From NCBI GenBank assembly GCA_964234715.1, contig OZ174292.1: a stretch of DNA of 64,000 nucleotides; one strand, written 5' to 3'. Shown here piece by piece: positions 1-11,543 of this stretch. Each line of letters starts with the position of its first letter. The stretch's first letter is position 1. The stretch comes from Podarcis melisellensis. Lineage: Eukaryota. The notes beneath the pieces were generated by a model, which worked only from the letters and a program-made list of their open reading frames with translations, searched no databases and was not told the DNA's origin. Both the position numbers and the translations under genes were made by a program.

Positions 1-1164
1 CGTTCCCTTTTACAAGAAGAGGCGTCTATAATTTAAAACATGTAGCTAATGCCTTCCAGGGTGCTTTTTAGACAGAAGCAAGTGGAAGGATTTGAGCCAA
101 TGCCTTCACAGGGCTGGGGAAGGGGATTTTTATTGCCTGCCAAAGGGAAAAGCATTGTTGGGAGCAGTCCATTCTAGGACAGAGAGAGGATAATTGTTTT
201 CTCCCCTCCCCCTCCCTGGACTCAAAGTGGCTCTAACAGCATCACCAAGAAAGACAGCAGCAGCAGTAAGTGATGATGCTGACATGAAGCAATGGGAGGA
301 ATGTGGGTCCAGGAGGCCATTCTGGAGGCGGGGGGGGGGGGGTTGTATAATTACAGCAAGGGTGTGGAACAGGACCTCTGATGCCTTGTGTGAATTCTGT
401 GCGGAGGAGAGGGGGCAGCCAAGCTGCAGGACTTATTATCACTGCAGCATCTCAGTTTTCAAAGGGCATCACAGAATATCAGTACACACTGCCCACTTCT
501 CTGAGCGGTGAGGTGTTCTAGGGACAAGGCTACAGTTTGGATATGAGAGGGGGGGAGAATGGGGGGAGAGAGGACTTGTAGTTATTTAATCATGGTGCCT
601 TTATAATTTTCAAATACACGAGGAAGCAGTCTCCTAAAAACAGACAGAAGAAAACCCAGTTCCCACTTGCTCTGATTGAACACCTCAGGAGAAGAGGAAG
701 GGGGGGGGGAATAAGCCCTCAGGCTCTACCTCTGCAGGAAACTCACCAGGGACATTAAGAAGAAGCATCAAGGTTATTTTGGCAATTCCCTTGCTCCGCT
801 CTTTCCAGGAACAGACTTTGGTAATCTTTGGTAGTTTGGCACCCTGAGCAAGGCCAAAATTTGCTGCCCCAAAATGGATCTTCTCAATTATGGCTACCCC
901 CTCAGATCAGCATCCTGTGCAAGGGAACCTCCGTCACTCCCAAAATCTGGCTTTGGTTCCGTGCTTTAAAGCTTCGTGTCTGAGCACTCTTTTTGTCCCA
1001 GAAAACCAGCTCTTTGAACAACATTTTGGGAGCAAAATAAAAGGGTGCTTTAAAGCGCAGGCTGTGCCTGTAACGTGCAGAGGAAAGGTAAGTGTTGATT
1101 TGCCCACTCACAGGATAAAGAGCAAAGAAAGATGGTGGTATTATGGGGCCTTACATCATGGGGG

Positions 1165-1280
1165 GAGGCCATGTTGCTGAACTACAACTCCCATCATTCC
1201 TGACAATTAGACATGTTTGCTGGGGGTAATGTGAGTTGGAGTCCAACAACATCTAGAGGGCAAAAGATTCTCCACCCTTT
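1165..1280. mobile_element. Short hairpin hAT-type MITE (abundant squamate family)
   Basis: Internal inverted motif actacaactcccatc...gagttggagtcc. Related copies lie near 15785-15920, 26745-26845, 30113-30240, 46835-46920, 51620-51730, 51805-51878, 53305-53420, 56430-56530, 60750-60875 and 62800-62920. Confidence 0.6.
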
Positions 1281-1313
1281 CTTTGGAGACAGGAGGACTT
1301 AGGCTGCATCCAT

Positions 1314-1811
1314 TTGTTCTTTAGTCCTTTAGTTGTGTCCGACTCTTCGTGACCCCATGGACCAGAGCACACCAGGCACTCCTGTCTTCCACTGCCTCCC
1401 ACAGTTTGGTCAAACTCATGCTGGTAGCTTCGAGAACACTATCCAACCATCTCGTCCTCTGTCGTCCCCTTCTCCTTGTGCCCTCCATCTTTCCCAACAT
1501 CAGGGTCTTTTCCAGGAAGTCTTCTCTTCTCATGAGGTGGCCAAAGTATTGGAGCCGCAGCTTCAGGGTCTGTCCTTCCAGTGAGCACTCAGGGCTGATT
1601 TCCTTAAGAATGGAGAGGTTTGATCTTCTTGCAGTCCATGGGACTCTCAAGAGTCTCCTCCAGCACTATAATTCAAAAGCATCAATTCTTTGGTGATCAG
1701 CCTTCTTTATGGTCCAGCTTTCACTTCCATACATCACTACTGGGAAAACCAGAGCTTTTTACTGTACGCACCTTTGTTGGCAAGGTGATGTCTCTACTTT
1801 TTAAGATGCTG
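1314..1811 (-). mobile_element. BovB (RTE clade) LINE, 5'-truncated 3' end
   Basis: ORF 1321-1650 reads RVPWTARRSNLSILKEISPECSLEG..KLRLQYFGHLMRRED.LEKTLMLGK.EG.RRRGRQR.RWLD, the typical BovB RT C-terminus. It is flanked by a 13-bp TSD, AGGCTGCATCCAT, at 1301-1313 and 1812-1824. Confidence 0.95.
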
Positions 1812-2249
1812 AGGCTGCATCCATACCAAAGAAGTAAAAGCACATTACTTCCCCTCAAGAACACCTGTTCCAAAATTCCTTTTGATTTTGGGAGCTTTAA
1901 GAAGGAGATCATGAGGCAGGCAAATATAAAGGTCAAGGTCGAGGGGTGTGACTTGGTCCACTGACCTTTGTGACTGGAGGAGGTCCATTCTCCAGCACCT
2001 GCAACTCTGAGTGGACCCCATCCTGCCTATCTGGCAATCCAGGCAGGTCCCTGGAAAGGAGACTGTCTGGGAAGTCTAAGTGCTGCAGGTAACACCAAGA
2101 CACCTTTTTCTCCAGGCCACCCGGCAAGTGAGAAGGGAGACAGGGCAACCAAAATGTAAAAGGACTTGGAGCAAACACCTTATTAGGAAGGCTACGGTGT
2201 TTTGGTTATTGTAATGGGGGAGGGGGAGTCAGTGTGTATGTGGTGTGTA

Positions 2250-2365
2250 TAAAACGAGGCATGGATTGAGTATAGTGGCTAGAGAGATGCTTGTGTTGTC
2301 ATCCCTGAGGGTGGTTCGGAGGAGATTCGGGACAAACCAAAGAAAGTGCTTCTTCACGCTGCACA
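2250..2365 (+). mobile_element. Degraded CR1 fragment
   Basis: Text resembles the CR1 ORF2 3' part (ggagattcgggacaaaccaaagaaagtgcttcttcac). Confidence 0.5.
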
Positions 2366-2875
2366 TAAAGGGGGTCAGAGCAAGACACTCAGCAAGGTTC
2401 AAAGGTTTGCGTCCACATTCAAGAAAGGCTAATTGCAAAAAGACAAATTTAGGATGGTAACAAATAAATAAATAATATAAAACTGAAGCGCTGCTATCAA
2501 CATAGGACCAACTACTTACTTTATTAATGAAACTGTATCTATAAGCATGTAAACACTTCTTACAATAATCTCTCAGTATGCAAAGTCTAGTGATGGCTAT
2601 ACAAATAATACAGTCATCTGTACTGGGTTGTAAAACTTTTGAACTGGTCCCTTTAGCTATGCTTTTAAGAACCATTTGACCTGCAGCAATTTTATCATCT
2701 TCCCCATCTGACAAAGAAAGGAAATCTGAGCCTCTCACAGAATCACAGCATCCACACAGCTCTGGTGATAGTTTGTGATAAAGTTCCTTGGTGCCAAATC
2801 AGCCTCCTTCCTGTCTTTCTCTCTTTATCCCTTATCTCTCCAGTCCATCCCACCATCCCAAACTAGAAAACTTTT

Positions 2876-2889
2876 GTTGCCATGGCAAC
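2876..2889. promoter_or_regulatory. RFX X-box, perfect palindrome
   Basis: GTTGCCATGGCAAC in non-repetitive sequence. Confidence 0.6.
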
Positions 2890-3081
2890 GTGACCCAACT
2901 ACTCAAGTCTCCATCTGCCTTAGGAGCTGTTTTAAATTTAGATGTGCGTGTCTCCCTGCCTCCCTGCCCCCTCTGACACAGCGCAGCAAGCAGAGCAAAG
3001 ATGAGAGGCCGGGTTCTGCTGGGGCGGCTGCATGTGCCTTTGCTACTGAGAGGGGTAGGGCAACTACCCTGAGAAGGAACA

Positions 3082-3240
3082 GCTGTAGCTCAAGGGCAGA
3101 GCATCAGCTTTGCAGGGAAAAGGTCCACTGTTCAATCCCCAGCATCTCTAGGTAGGGCTGAGAAAGACCCTCTCCCAAAACCCTGGAGAGGCAACCACTG
3201 TGGCAGGCAACACTGAGCAAGGTGGAACGATAAAGCAATA
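3082..3240 (+). mobile_element. tRNA-derived SINE
   Basis: A-box-like ctgtagctcaagggcagagca and B-box-like gttcaatcccc, followed by body gtagggctgagaaagaccc. Related copies at about 39690-39760, 39985-40110, 43490-43580 (-), 45590-45650 and 58350-58415. Confidence 0.7.
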
Positions 3241-4156
3241 CGACACATTCCCATGTCCCTGTTTCTTCTGTAACTGGGCCTTTGACAGAAGCTGCAGACA
3301 TTAGCAAGAGGTGTTCCTCTTCATGATGTGAAAAGGGTTGCTTGCTGCTTTCTGCACTTCACGCTGCTGTCTAAAAGCACAAGAGCAGGGCATGCTATTG
3401 TTTTCTGGACCATTGGCATCTCTTGCACACTAGTGATATGTGGACAGAATGGCCTTCTCTTCACCTGTGAGTCTGTGTGCAATGCAATTCGTGCACAAGT
3501 CATGTGGAACAATATACCTAGTACAAAACATTGATTCTTCAGACTTTAAATTGCATGTGTATCATATTTTATATCCAGTGGGGGGGGTATAAACTTGCTG
3601 GCCCTCTTATTTGATGGGGAGGCCATTTAAAACTAAAATGCTAATAGTGTCAAGAAAAGGCTTCAGTGTTCAGACAGAGACATTTATGGGTCCCTATAAC
3701 TACCAGCCTCTTCCTTGTGGCCCCAGGATATGAATCCAAGTGCACACAACTCTACTACTCATCATTTGACACTATTGCCATTCCTGTTACCATCCCATTA
3801 TTTGCAGAACAATATCCCAAATTCTACACACCCACACACCCACAAATGAAACAAGACTCAAAACTTGAGCAAAGCTGACACATGCTAAAATAAAGAGTAT
3901 AGAGGTCCTGGCTCACAGGATCTCTCCCAGAGTGCACAGATATTGGTGCAGAATTAAAACAGTGCTAAATCTGAGCCATCTCACAAGTGCCCTTCAAAGT
4001 CACAACTGTGGGCAAAGGAATGTGGTGCAACGTTAGGCAATTGACACATTAGGAACTCCTGGACAGCATCACGGACATATGCGTATTTCTCCTGGGAGGC
4101 AATTCATTAACAAGAAGTATGCTACCCTTCACCACACAGCTTAAAATGTCTGGTCA

Positions 4157-4751
4157 TGTTGTACACCCGTGGTTCTGTATCCCTTCGTGTCCAGGCTCTC
4201 CCTGTCCAGTGAGGAAGTAGAACTCATGACTCCAGTTTTGCCAAAGGCTTTTATTGTCTGTCAGACTGGAATTGTACATAAGGCAAGTCACAGGTTGCAA
4301 GGATCAGCGGTTACATGAGAGGTCAAAGGCATGGCTAGGTACCAGTTAAGAACCAAAGCCTTCCCTCTATGCACCTTCCTTTTGAAGCATGGGTTGGGCA
4401 CAGCATTTAGTGCAGCAAGTGGCTAAAGCAGGGGTCAGCAACCTTTTTCAGCCATGGGCCGGTCCACCGTCCCTCAGAGCATGTGGTGGGCTGGACTATA
4501 TTTTGGGGGGGGGGATGAACGAATTCCTGTGCCCCATAAATAATCCAGAGATGCATTTTAAATAAAAGGACACATTCTACTCATGGAAAAACACGCTGAT
4601 TCCCGGACCATCCGCTGGATTGAGAAGGCGATTGGGCTGCATCCAGCCCATGGGACTTAGGTTGCCTACCCCTGGGCTAAAGTCTTCAGAATGGGCGAGC
4701 AAACAGACACTCCTTTCCAGCGGGCTGGCTAGGCAAGGACTGTGTACACCA
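4157..4751 (-). mobile_element. Candidate solo LTR, interrupted by a hAT MITE
   Basis: TG...CA termini with a 10-bp imperfect inverted repeat (tgttgtacac / gtgtacacca) and a minus-strand AATAAA near 4250. No clean TSD. Confidence 0.35.
4429..4674. mobile_element. hAT (Charlie-type) MITE
   Basis: TIRs caggggtcagcaacct / aggttgcctacccctg with a perfect 8-bp TSD, GGCTAAAG (4421-4428, 4675-4682). Confidence 0.9.
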
Positions 4752-5334
4752 GTGCTGGTGTCTCTGTGTCTTTTGTAAATCATTTCAACCTAAAAGTTCA
4801 CTTTGCAAACTCTCCTGCAGCACTGGCTAGTAGCATCCAACAATTCTATGATTCTATGATTCTAATTAATTCACTACCAGCGCCTACAGTGGTTGTGCTC
4901 ACCAATGTATATAATGTACTATCTGCCAACACAATATTGGCAGCTATGTTATCATCTGCACCTGCTAAAGAATCTACTGCTGTAACACTATTGTTGCACC
5001 ACTAATGATCAAATGTGAGTCTTCCCCCATCAGAAATCAGGAGGAAGTTGAAGACACTGAAAACACTATGTCCAAGTCAATCACATCTGGTAGAACATCA
5101 GGACATAAGGACTTTATGAAAGTTTCTTTCAAGTTCATAAACCATGACCCAAATGGCAATGACTTAGAACATTTTCATCAAAATGACTGACACTATGTTA
5201 AACGTAGAGCATGTTTTAGGTTTCCAGGATATTTTCAGCTATTACTAAAGTGCCCCCTACGGCAAAAGAACGTAGAACTATTTACTGGGAAAAGCCAAAT
5301 GAGAAGCATTTAGAGCAATCCTTTCACTGTAGAC

Positions 5335-7254
5335 GTGCTATTGGGGGAACTACTCAACATCTACTTTGCCTCTGCCTTCAATGCCCAGCCTTGTGATAAT
5401 AGAATAAATGATGCAAGGAGCAAGCTGCAGCCCAAGATAGAAAAAGAGTTGGTAAAGGATCACTTAGCTACTTTAAATGAATTCAAATCTCCAGGGCCTG
5501 ATGAGCTGCACCCAAGGGGACTAATGGAGCTTGTGGATGTACTCAGAGCCTCTGTCTATAATATTTGAGAATTCTTGAAGAACAGGTGAGGTCCTTGCAG
5601 ACTGGAGGTGGGCAGATGTCTCCAACTTCAAGGGGGGGGGGAGAAGATCCAGGCAACTACCAACCACTCAGCTTGACATTGATACCAGGAAAGGTCCTAG
5701 AACAGATACTTAGTCAGTCTGTGAGCACTTAGAAAAGGATGCTGTGGTTACCTATGTGGTTACATAGGTTTCTCAAAAACAAGTCTTGCTAGAAAACTTT
5801 GATCTCTTTTTTTGATAGCATTACAAGCTTGGTGGATCAGGTGTATGCTGTGGACATAGTGTATCTTGATTTCAGTAAGACTTTTGACGAAGTCCCCCAT
5901 TATATTGTTGTAGAGAAGCTGGTGAAATAGGGGCTGGATGAGATAGTTGTTGGGTGTATTTGTAGCTGGTTCCTTGTCATCCTGGGGAAAAGTAACAAGT
6001 GGGGTGCTATCAGGTACTGTCCTGGGCCTGTTGTTGTTCAATGTCTTTATAAATGACTTGGATGAAAGTATTGAGGGGGTGCTCATCAATTTTGCAGATG
6101 GTACCAAACTGGGACTGGTAGCTAATGCTGCAGAAGACAGAATCAGGATTCAAAATGACCTTAAGAGTTTGGATTTGATATCCTGCTTTATCACTACCCT
6201 AAGGAGTCTCAAAGCGACTAACATTCTCCTTTCCCTTCCTCCCCCACAACAAACACTCTGTAAGGTGAGTGGGGCTGAGAGACTTAAAGAAGTGTGACTA
6301 GCCCAAGGTCACCCAGCAGCTGCATGTGGAGAAGAGGAGATGTGAACCCGGTTCACCAGATTACTAGTCTACCACTCTTAACCACTACACCACACTGGCT
6401 TTGGAGAACAAAATGAATTTCCATAGGACAAATGTAAGATTCTGCAAATAGGCAGGAAGAACAGGCAGCTGCACAAATATAAGATGGGGGGACATCTGGC
6501 TTGCCATTAGCACATATGAAAAGGATCTAGATAGGTCTTAGTAGCCCACAAGCTGAACATGCGCCAACATTGTGATGTGGGGTGGAGGGGATAAAAATGC
6601 TAAAGCTGTTCTAGGTTACATCAGCATTAGTATAGTGTCCCACTCTATTATACACCTGAAATACTGTGTCCAGTTCTGGGCACCACAATTTAAGAAGGAT
6701 ATTGACAAGCTGAAACATGTGCAGAGCAGGGCAACCAATATGATCAAGGGTCTGGAAACCAAGCCTGATGAAGAACAACTGAGGGAGTTAACTGAGAGGA
6801 GATATGATAGCCATCTTCCAATATCTAAGTGGCTGTCACATGGGAAATGGAGCAAGCTTGTTTTCTCCTGCTCTGGAAGGTAGGACTGGAACCCATGGCT
6901 TCAAGTTACAAGAAAGGAGATTCCAACTAAACATCAGAAAAGAACATTCTGAAGGCAAGAGCTGTTTGCAGTTGAACGGATTCCCTCAGAAGGTGGTGGA
7001 CTCTCCTTCCTTGGCGGTTTTTAAGCAGAGGTTGTCTGGCCATCCATCTGGTACCGAGAATTCCCTGCGACTACTTTGTGGTGAATGCTTTGGGGCTGAT
7101 TTTAGGGATCAAAGAAAGGGGGTGCAACTATTATGCAGTGGCGACCATTATGTGGTGAAATACAGTACTTTAAGTTGAGATTCCTGCATTGCAGAGGCTT
7201 GGACTAGGGACTCTTGGAGTCCCTTCCAACATTGCAATTTTATGATTCTGTGAT
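5335..7254 (+). mobile_element. CR1 LINE, 5'-truncated and degenerate
   Basis: ORF2 fragments LNEFKSPGPDELHPR, SGV..GTVLGLLLFNVFINDLD...INFADGTKLG and [17 protein letters not shown]. The CR1 3' end is cccttccaac...tatgattctgtgat. Confidence 0.95.
6163..6400 (-). mobile_element. Squam3-like (Ther1/MIR-derived) SINE nested in CR1
   Basis: Reverse complement reads agccagtgtggtgtagtggttaagagtggtagac...gggtgaccttgggctagtcac...gatatcaaatccaaactctt. Confidence 0.85.
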
Positions 7255-8179
7255 GCTAGGAAAGTACTAGAGAACTTTGACTGACAAACTGTGGAAACTG
7301 CTGACTTCTTCTATGGGAAAAGCAATATCCAAGGCAAATGAAAACTGTGCAAAGTTCACAGCCTCCTGCTGCATGCAGATGCAAAGAAGCAGACTGTGAG
7401 TGCCTGCTCATTTCCTGCAATCGTGGTTTTGAATAAAGCAGCATATTATTTTTCTTTAAACAGCACACAATCAGTTTGTGGGCCCAAGATGGACTTTCAG
7501 TACTTGACTCCAGCTGCCCACAAAGAATTTATGCAGTGCACTTAATTGCTGGCACTTTGGCATTGTCCATGAGATGTGATAGTGTGGAGCAAACCAGAAA
7601 TTATACAATTTATGTAACGGCAAAATTCATCACAAACTCTGATGGTGAGAAGCTGTACTTTCTATGTGCCAAAGAACCCTGCATCCATGGTGCAAAATGA
7701 ATACTGGGGGCGACCAAGAAAGCTGGAACTGCAGTAGCTGGCCTATCTTCATGCATGCATCCTGCTTGGTCACAGACAGAGCATCCATCAATGTGGGAGA
7801 AAAGTCAGGTGAGGGTTATCTTCGACTCCAAAATCAGGGGTGATGATCAATAATTTTCTGTCCCCCGTTGATGATCTGATGTGGAGTCCACAGATCGAAT
7901 CTTACATAGAGATGAACACATAACTTAGTCAGGGAAGCTGAGTACATGCTCCAGCAGCTTGTAGGGCTGAGCACATCAGCCCTGAGCTCCAGAGACCGTC
8001 AAGACATTGCAGAAGCCAGCCACTGCCCTCTCATTGTATTCCCCAAGCTTTTTGAGGTCAGGTGGGTGGAGGTTTCCTTCTGTTTAGTGAGTTCAGCACT
8101 GGAGCCTGGGCATTTTCTCATTCTTAAAGAAGTCTGAGGAGGAGGTAGCAAGTGGGTTTCTTGCATTCGTCCTTGATTA

Positions 8180-8218
8180 GGTAAAGGATCCCTGGACGGT
8201 TAAGTCCAGTCAAAGGCA
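8180..8218 (-). mobile_element. Sauria SINE 3' tip
   Basis: gtaaaggatccctggacggttaagtccagtcaaaggc matches the reverse complement of the Sauria SINE end seen at 33100-33145. Confidence 0.65.
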
Positions 8219-8636
8219 TTAGAGAAATCTCGAACTTTGGTCTTTTCTGGATGATGTGATCTTTAGTAGGTATCAGAAGCATCTGCAAGGAGATGGAATC
8301 ACCATCCTTGACACAGAGAAGCTACACTAGTAAAATCAAAGCTCTCAGCACTGAAAGAACAGCTGCTGGATCAATGCTTTCAAGGATGAAGTTCATGAGA
8401 AAATGTTCAATGCTTCAAGGAATTCAGCTCCTGAGAAGCCAAACAAACTAATGCAAGGAACACCACCTGTAGGCATCTGAAAGGAGAGGTGTTGGCGTTG
8501 CCTGGAATGAAATGGTTGACTGAACTGTTGTTCAGCATGAAGCCTTTTGCCACTTTGCAAACTTCAGTAAACCTGGAAGAGGTTCACAAGGTGCTAGATG
8601 CAGACCTTGATCTGACAGAGATTTCTCTAGATTATA

Positions 8637-8950
8637 TTAAATTATTATTATCAATTAGAATTGTATACTGCACTTCATCACAAGATATCAGGGTGGTTCA
8701 CAGGATAAAAATACAAGGTAAAAATACAAGTAAATAGTTAAAACAAAAACCACAAAACAATAACTCCCTCCCACCAACACATTTAAAAGGCTGTAAAATA
8801 TTAATCAGCCTTATAAAGCCGAGGATACAAATACAAAATACAAATTGACATATGACACTTAAGAACAATTTAAAACAACCCCACACACCTCACAAAGAAG
8901 CAACACCCACCCAAGTTAAAATCCCATCCCCATTAAAACCATAATTTTAG
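8637..8950 (-). mobile_element. L2-like LINE 3' end
   Basis: attattattatcaattagaattgtatac tail followed by an A-rich 3'UTR complement, similar to other L2 ends in the window. Confidence 0.5.
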
Positions 8951-9989
8951 CACAAGGGGGGATGGCCCACCTCCTTGTTCCACCCCCAAAGTACCACTCC
9001 CAAAGGGAAGATCCCACCCTTAGGGCGGGCAGGCTTTATAGAGCTGCCCCGGAACTGGTGCATGCCTGGCTGGGCAGCACGTGTTTCCAATGCTGCCTGC
9101 CTGTCCAGGGTCCTGGCCCTTGCCCTACTAGCACAGCTGCTGGCAGGTCCTGGTCTGGAGATCCAGTAGAGGCCAGAGGGAGATAACAGGGAGATACTTC
9201 AGCTTGACAACATTAGTGATCTTCACAAAATGATATCACCCCTTTTGGTTTACTTTCTTGCATTATCTGATGCTCACAGAAAAGTCCCAAAGTGTATGGT
9301 TGTCTTCTGGCAGCTAAGCCCCATCAGCACAAGCATCACCGTGAAGTCAGTTAACAGAAACAGACTCTAAGTTGATTCAGAAAATAAATACATATATAAC
9401 TATCACTATGTGTCATCATGCATTGAACAGAATTCTAAGGCATCAATGATTTTTTAAAAAAATGAGAGCACAAAACTTCTGGAAGGAAAGATGGTTGGAT
9501 AATCATTGCCTGCTGAAACTCCATCAACAGAGATAATTATGTGGTGATTAATGATAGCCAAGATGTAAATCTTGGTTGTTACACTCTCTTTTTGAAGACA
9601 GAAAGATCAAGGAATTAATCTCAAATGCTCTTCATGCCAGAGGGGAATCTTGGAGTGAGGAACTGCCATCATGCCCACATAGTAGCCCTGAAGGTTTGTC
9701 CTCAGGACATCAGGTCAGCTAAACCTCCCTTATTTTAATTACTTATAAGATTGGGAGGAATTACAATTTATGTGCTCTGTCTGCCAATTAATTTTCACCT
9801 AGAATGCAAATTGACTGCTGGCATCAGAAGAAGCATTAACTAACAGACCTAAGAATAAAGCAAAAATTGTATCTTAATTTCTTGTGATTAAGAAAGGTTA
9901 TACATGGATAAGGGCGCTATGGTTGTAAAGAATCTTCATTTTATATTACTTTTAACTCTCCAGCCTGCTTGTGAAGTGCTGGCTTTAAA

Positions 9990-11161
9990 ATGAAAATGGG
10001 AAAGGAATGAACTTTTTTCTTAAAGGGACAGACTTACTCAAGGCAGAGACTGTTAAGGGGGAGACTAACAGAACCCAATACGGCAAAGGTGCTGCTGAAC
10101 ACTCCCACTGACTGTTGGTATAGTGCAGCAATTACTGGATGAGCAATTAAAAGAGCTCAGAACTGAGATACGTAAAATGGTGAATAAAAATGGATCAAAG
10201 AAAGATCAAACCAAAGAATACACAGGAACTTTGCGGGGAAATACTCATCAAGATCTGCCTGAATATGAGAGTGGAATGGTAAAGCAGGAGGCAACAGATG
10301 ATGGAATGGAGAGGACCTCCACACAGGTGCCTGGAGGAGTGAAACAGACAAACAATGGAGCTGTGATGTTGGAGGAGTGGAAGGAAACCACTGATAGAGA
10401 CATTAAGAAACATTTTGAGATGGCAGAGATGGAGGTGAGAGATAAATGATCCTGTGTACAAGTTGGAGTGAATTCAGAGGGAAAAGCCACCAAGCCCCTA
10501 GCGGTTCTTCTGGGGAAAGACTGTAAGAAGCAGAAATGGAAGAAACTTTCTTTCTAAATTAGGGTGGAAAATCATGGCCAACAGAAAATGGGATCATAAG
10601 ATATGGAGCTGGGTATGAATTAATGAATACACACCAAGTAAACATTATGGATTATTATTCTAATAATGGATGTTGGAATTCCTTGGAGATAAAGTTGCTA
10701 TACCAGACCAGAGAAAAACTATTCTTGACATATAGTGATAATAACAATTGAAGAGCCCCTTTTGGACCTTTTGTGTGGAGAGGAACAAAAGCCTTGAGAT
10801 ATCTGGGGTTGAAGATTTTTTGATGTTCTCTGTTCTGCTTTAATGAGGGTAAGCACAGGAAGGTGATGGATGGTTGCTGAAGGACCCTGTGTGAGAGGCA
10901 GGGAAGATCTTCCAGGGTTGGAGGCTAGGAGAAGAAAGGGAAGCTCTCAGGTGAGAGATGAGAAGGTTTAACCGCTTTTGTGTGAGACAAGAGTTAAGAT
11001 TACCTCTGATGGAGGGCTTTGTATTTTTTTCTTTTCTCTTCTTTTCCCCTCCTCTTTCTCTTTTGTTTTCTTTTTTCTTATTTTTTATTTTGATTTCTTT
11101 GTTTTTTTATTGCCTTGTATGTTGAAAAGTTTTAATATATTAAAAAGTTTCAATTAAAAAA
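9990..11161 (+). mobile_element. Candidate L1-derived or non-autonomous retroelement
   Basis: Purine-rich body with a charged, coiled-coil-like ORF (10123-10449), then a T-rich 3' region and an A-rich end. Confidence 0.4.
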
Positions 11162-11302
11162 TGACAAAGCACAAGAGCAAAAACCAAAGACACAGTTAAG
11201 AGAGCAGATGTGGTTTAAGGGGTTCCCCCCTCCAAAGGCTTGCAAGCGAAACTGCTCATAACACCCAGACCCAGATGATGGCAATCTGACCATTTTGAAA
11301 TA

Positions 11303-11543
11303 CAGTGGTACCTTGGGTTACAGACTCTTCAGGTTACATACGCTTCAGGTTACAGACTTCGTTAACCCAGAAATAGTCCCTCGGGTTAAGAACTTTGCTT
11401 CAGGATGAGAACAGAAATCGCATGGTGGCGGCACGGCAGCAGCGGGAGGCTCCATTAGCTAAAGTGGTCTTCAGGTTAAGAACAGTTTCAGGTTAAGAAT
11501 GGACCTCTGGAACGAATTAAGTACTTAACCCGAGGTACCACTG
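11303..11543. mobile_element. Tc1/mariner (pogo/Tigger-like) MITE
   Basis: TIR cagtggtacct(t/c)gggtta ... taacccgaggtaccactg with TA on both sides. Confidence 0.9.

Larger units (their letters stand above)
5005..9520 (+). pseudogene. Decayed hAT transposase (Tip100/KIAA1586-like), interrupted by nested elements
   Basis: Colinear motifs read across frameshifts: DAKKQTVSACSFP (~7380), LSMRCDSVE (D at 7578), LVTDRASINVGEKSG (D at 7775), I*CGVHRSNL (CxxH, 7880), PKLFEVRW (8051-8065), LLAAKPH (9304) and ENKYIY (~9380). The 5' boundary is uncertain. Confidence 0.8.

Noticed and set aside
4062-4080. Second RE1-like site (CAGCATCACGGACAT)
   Set aside because: Mismatches in both core half-sites.
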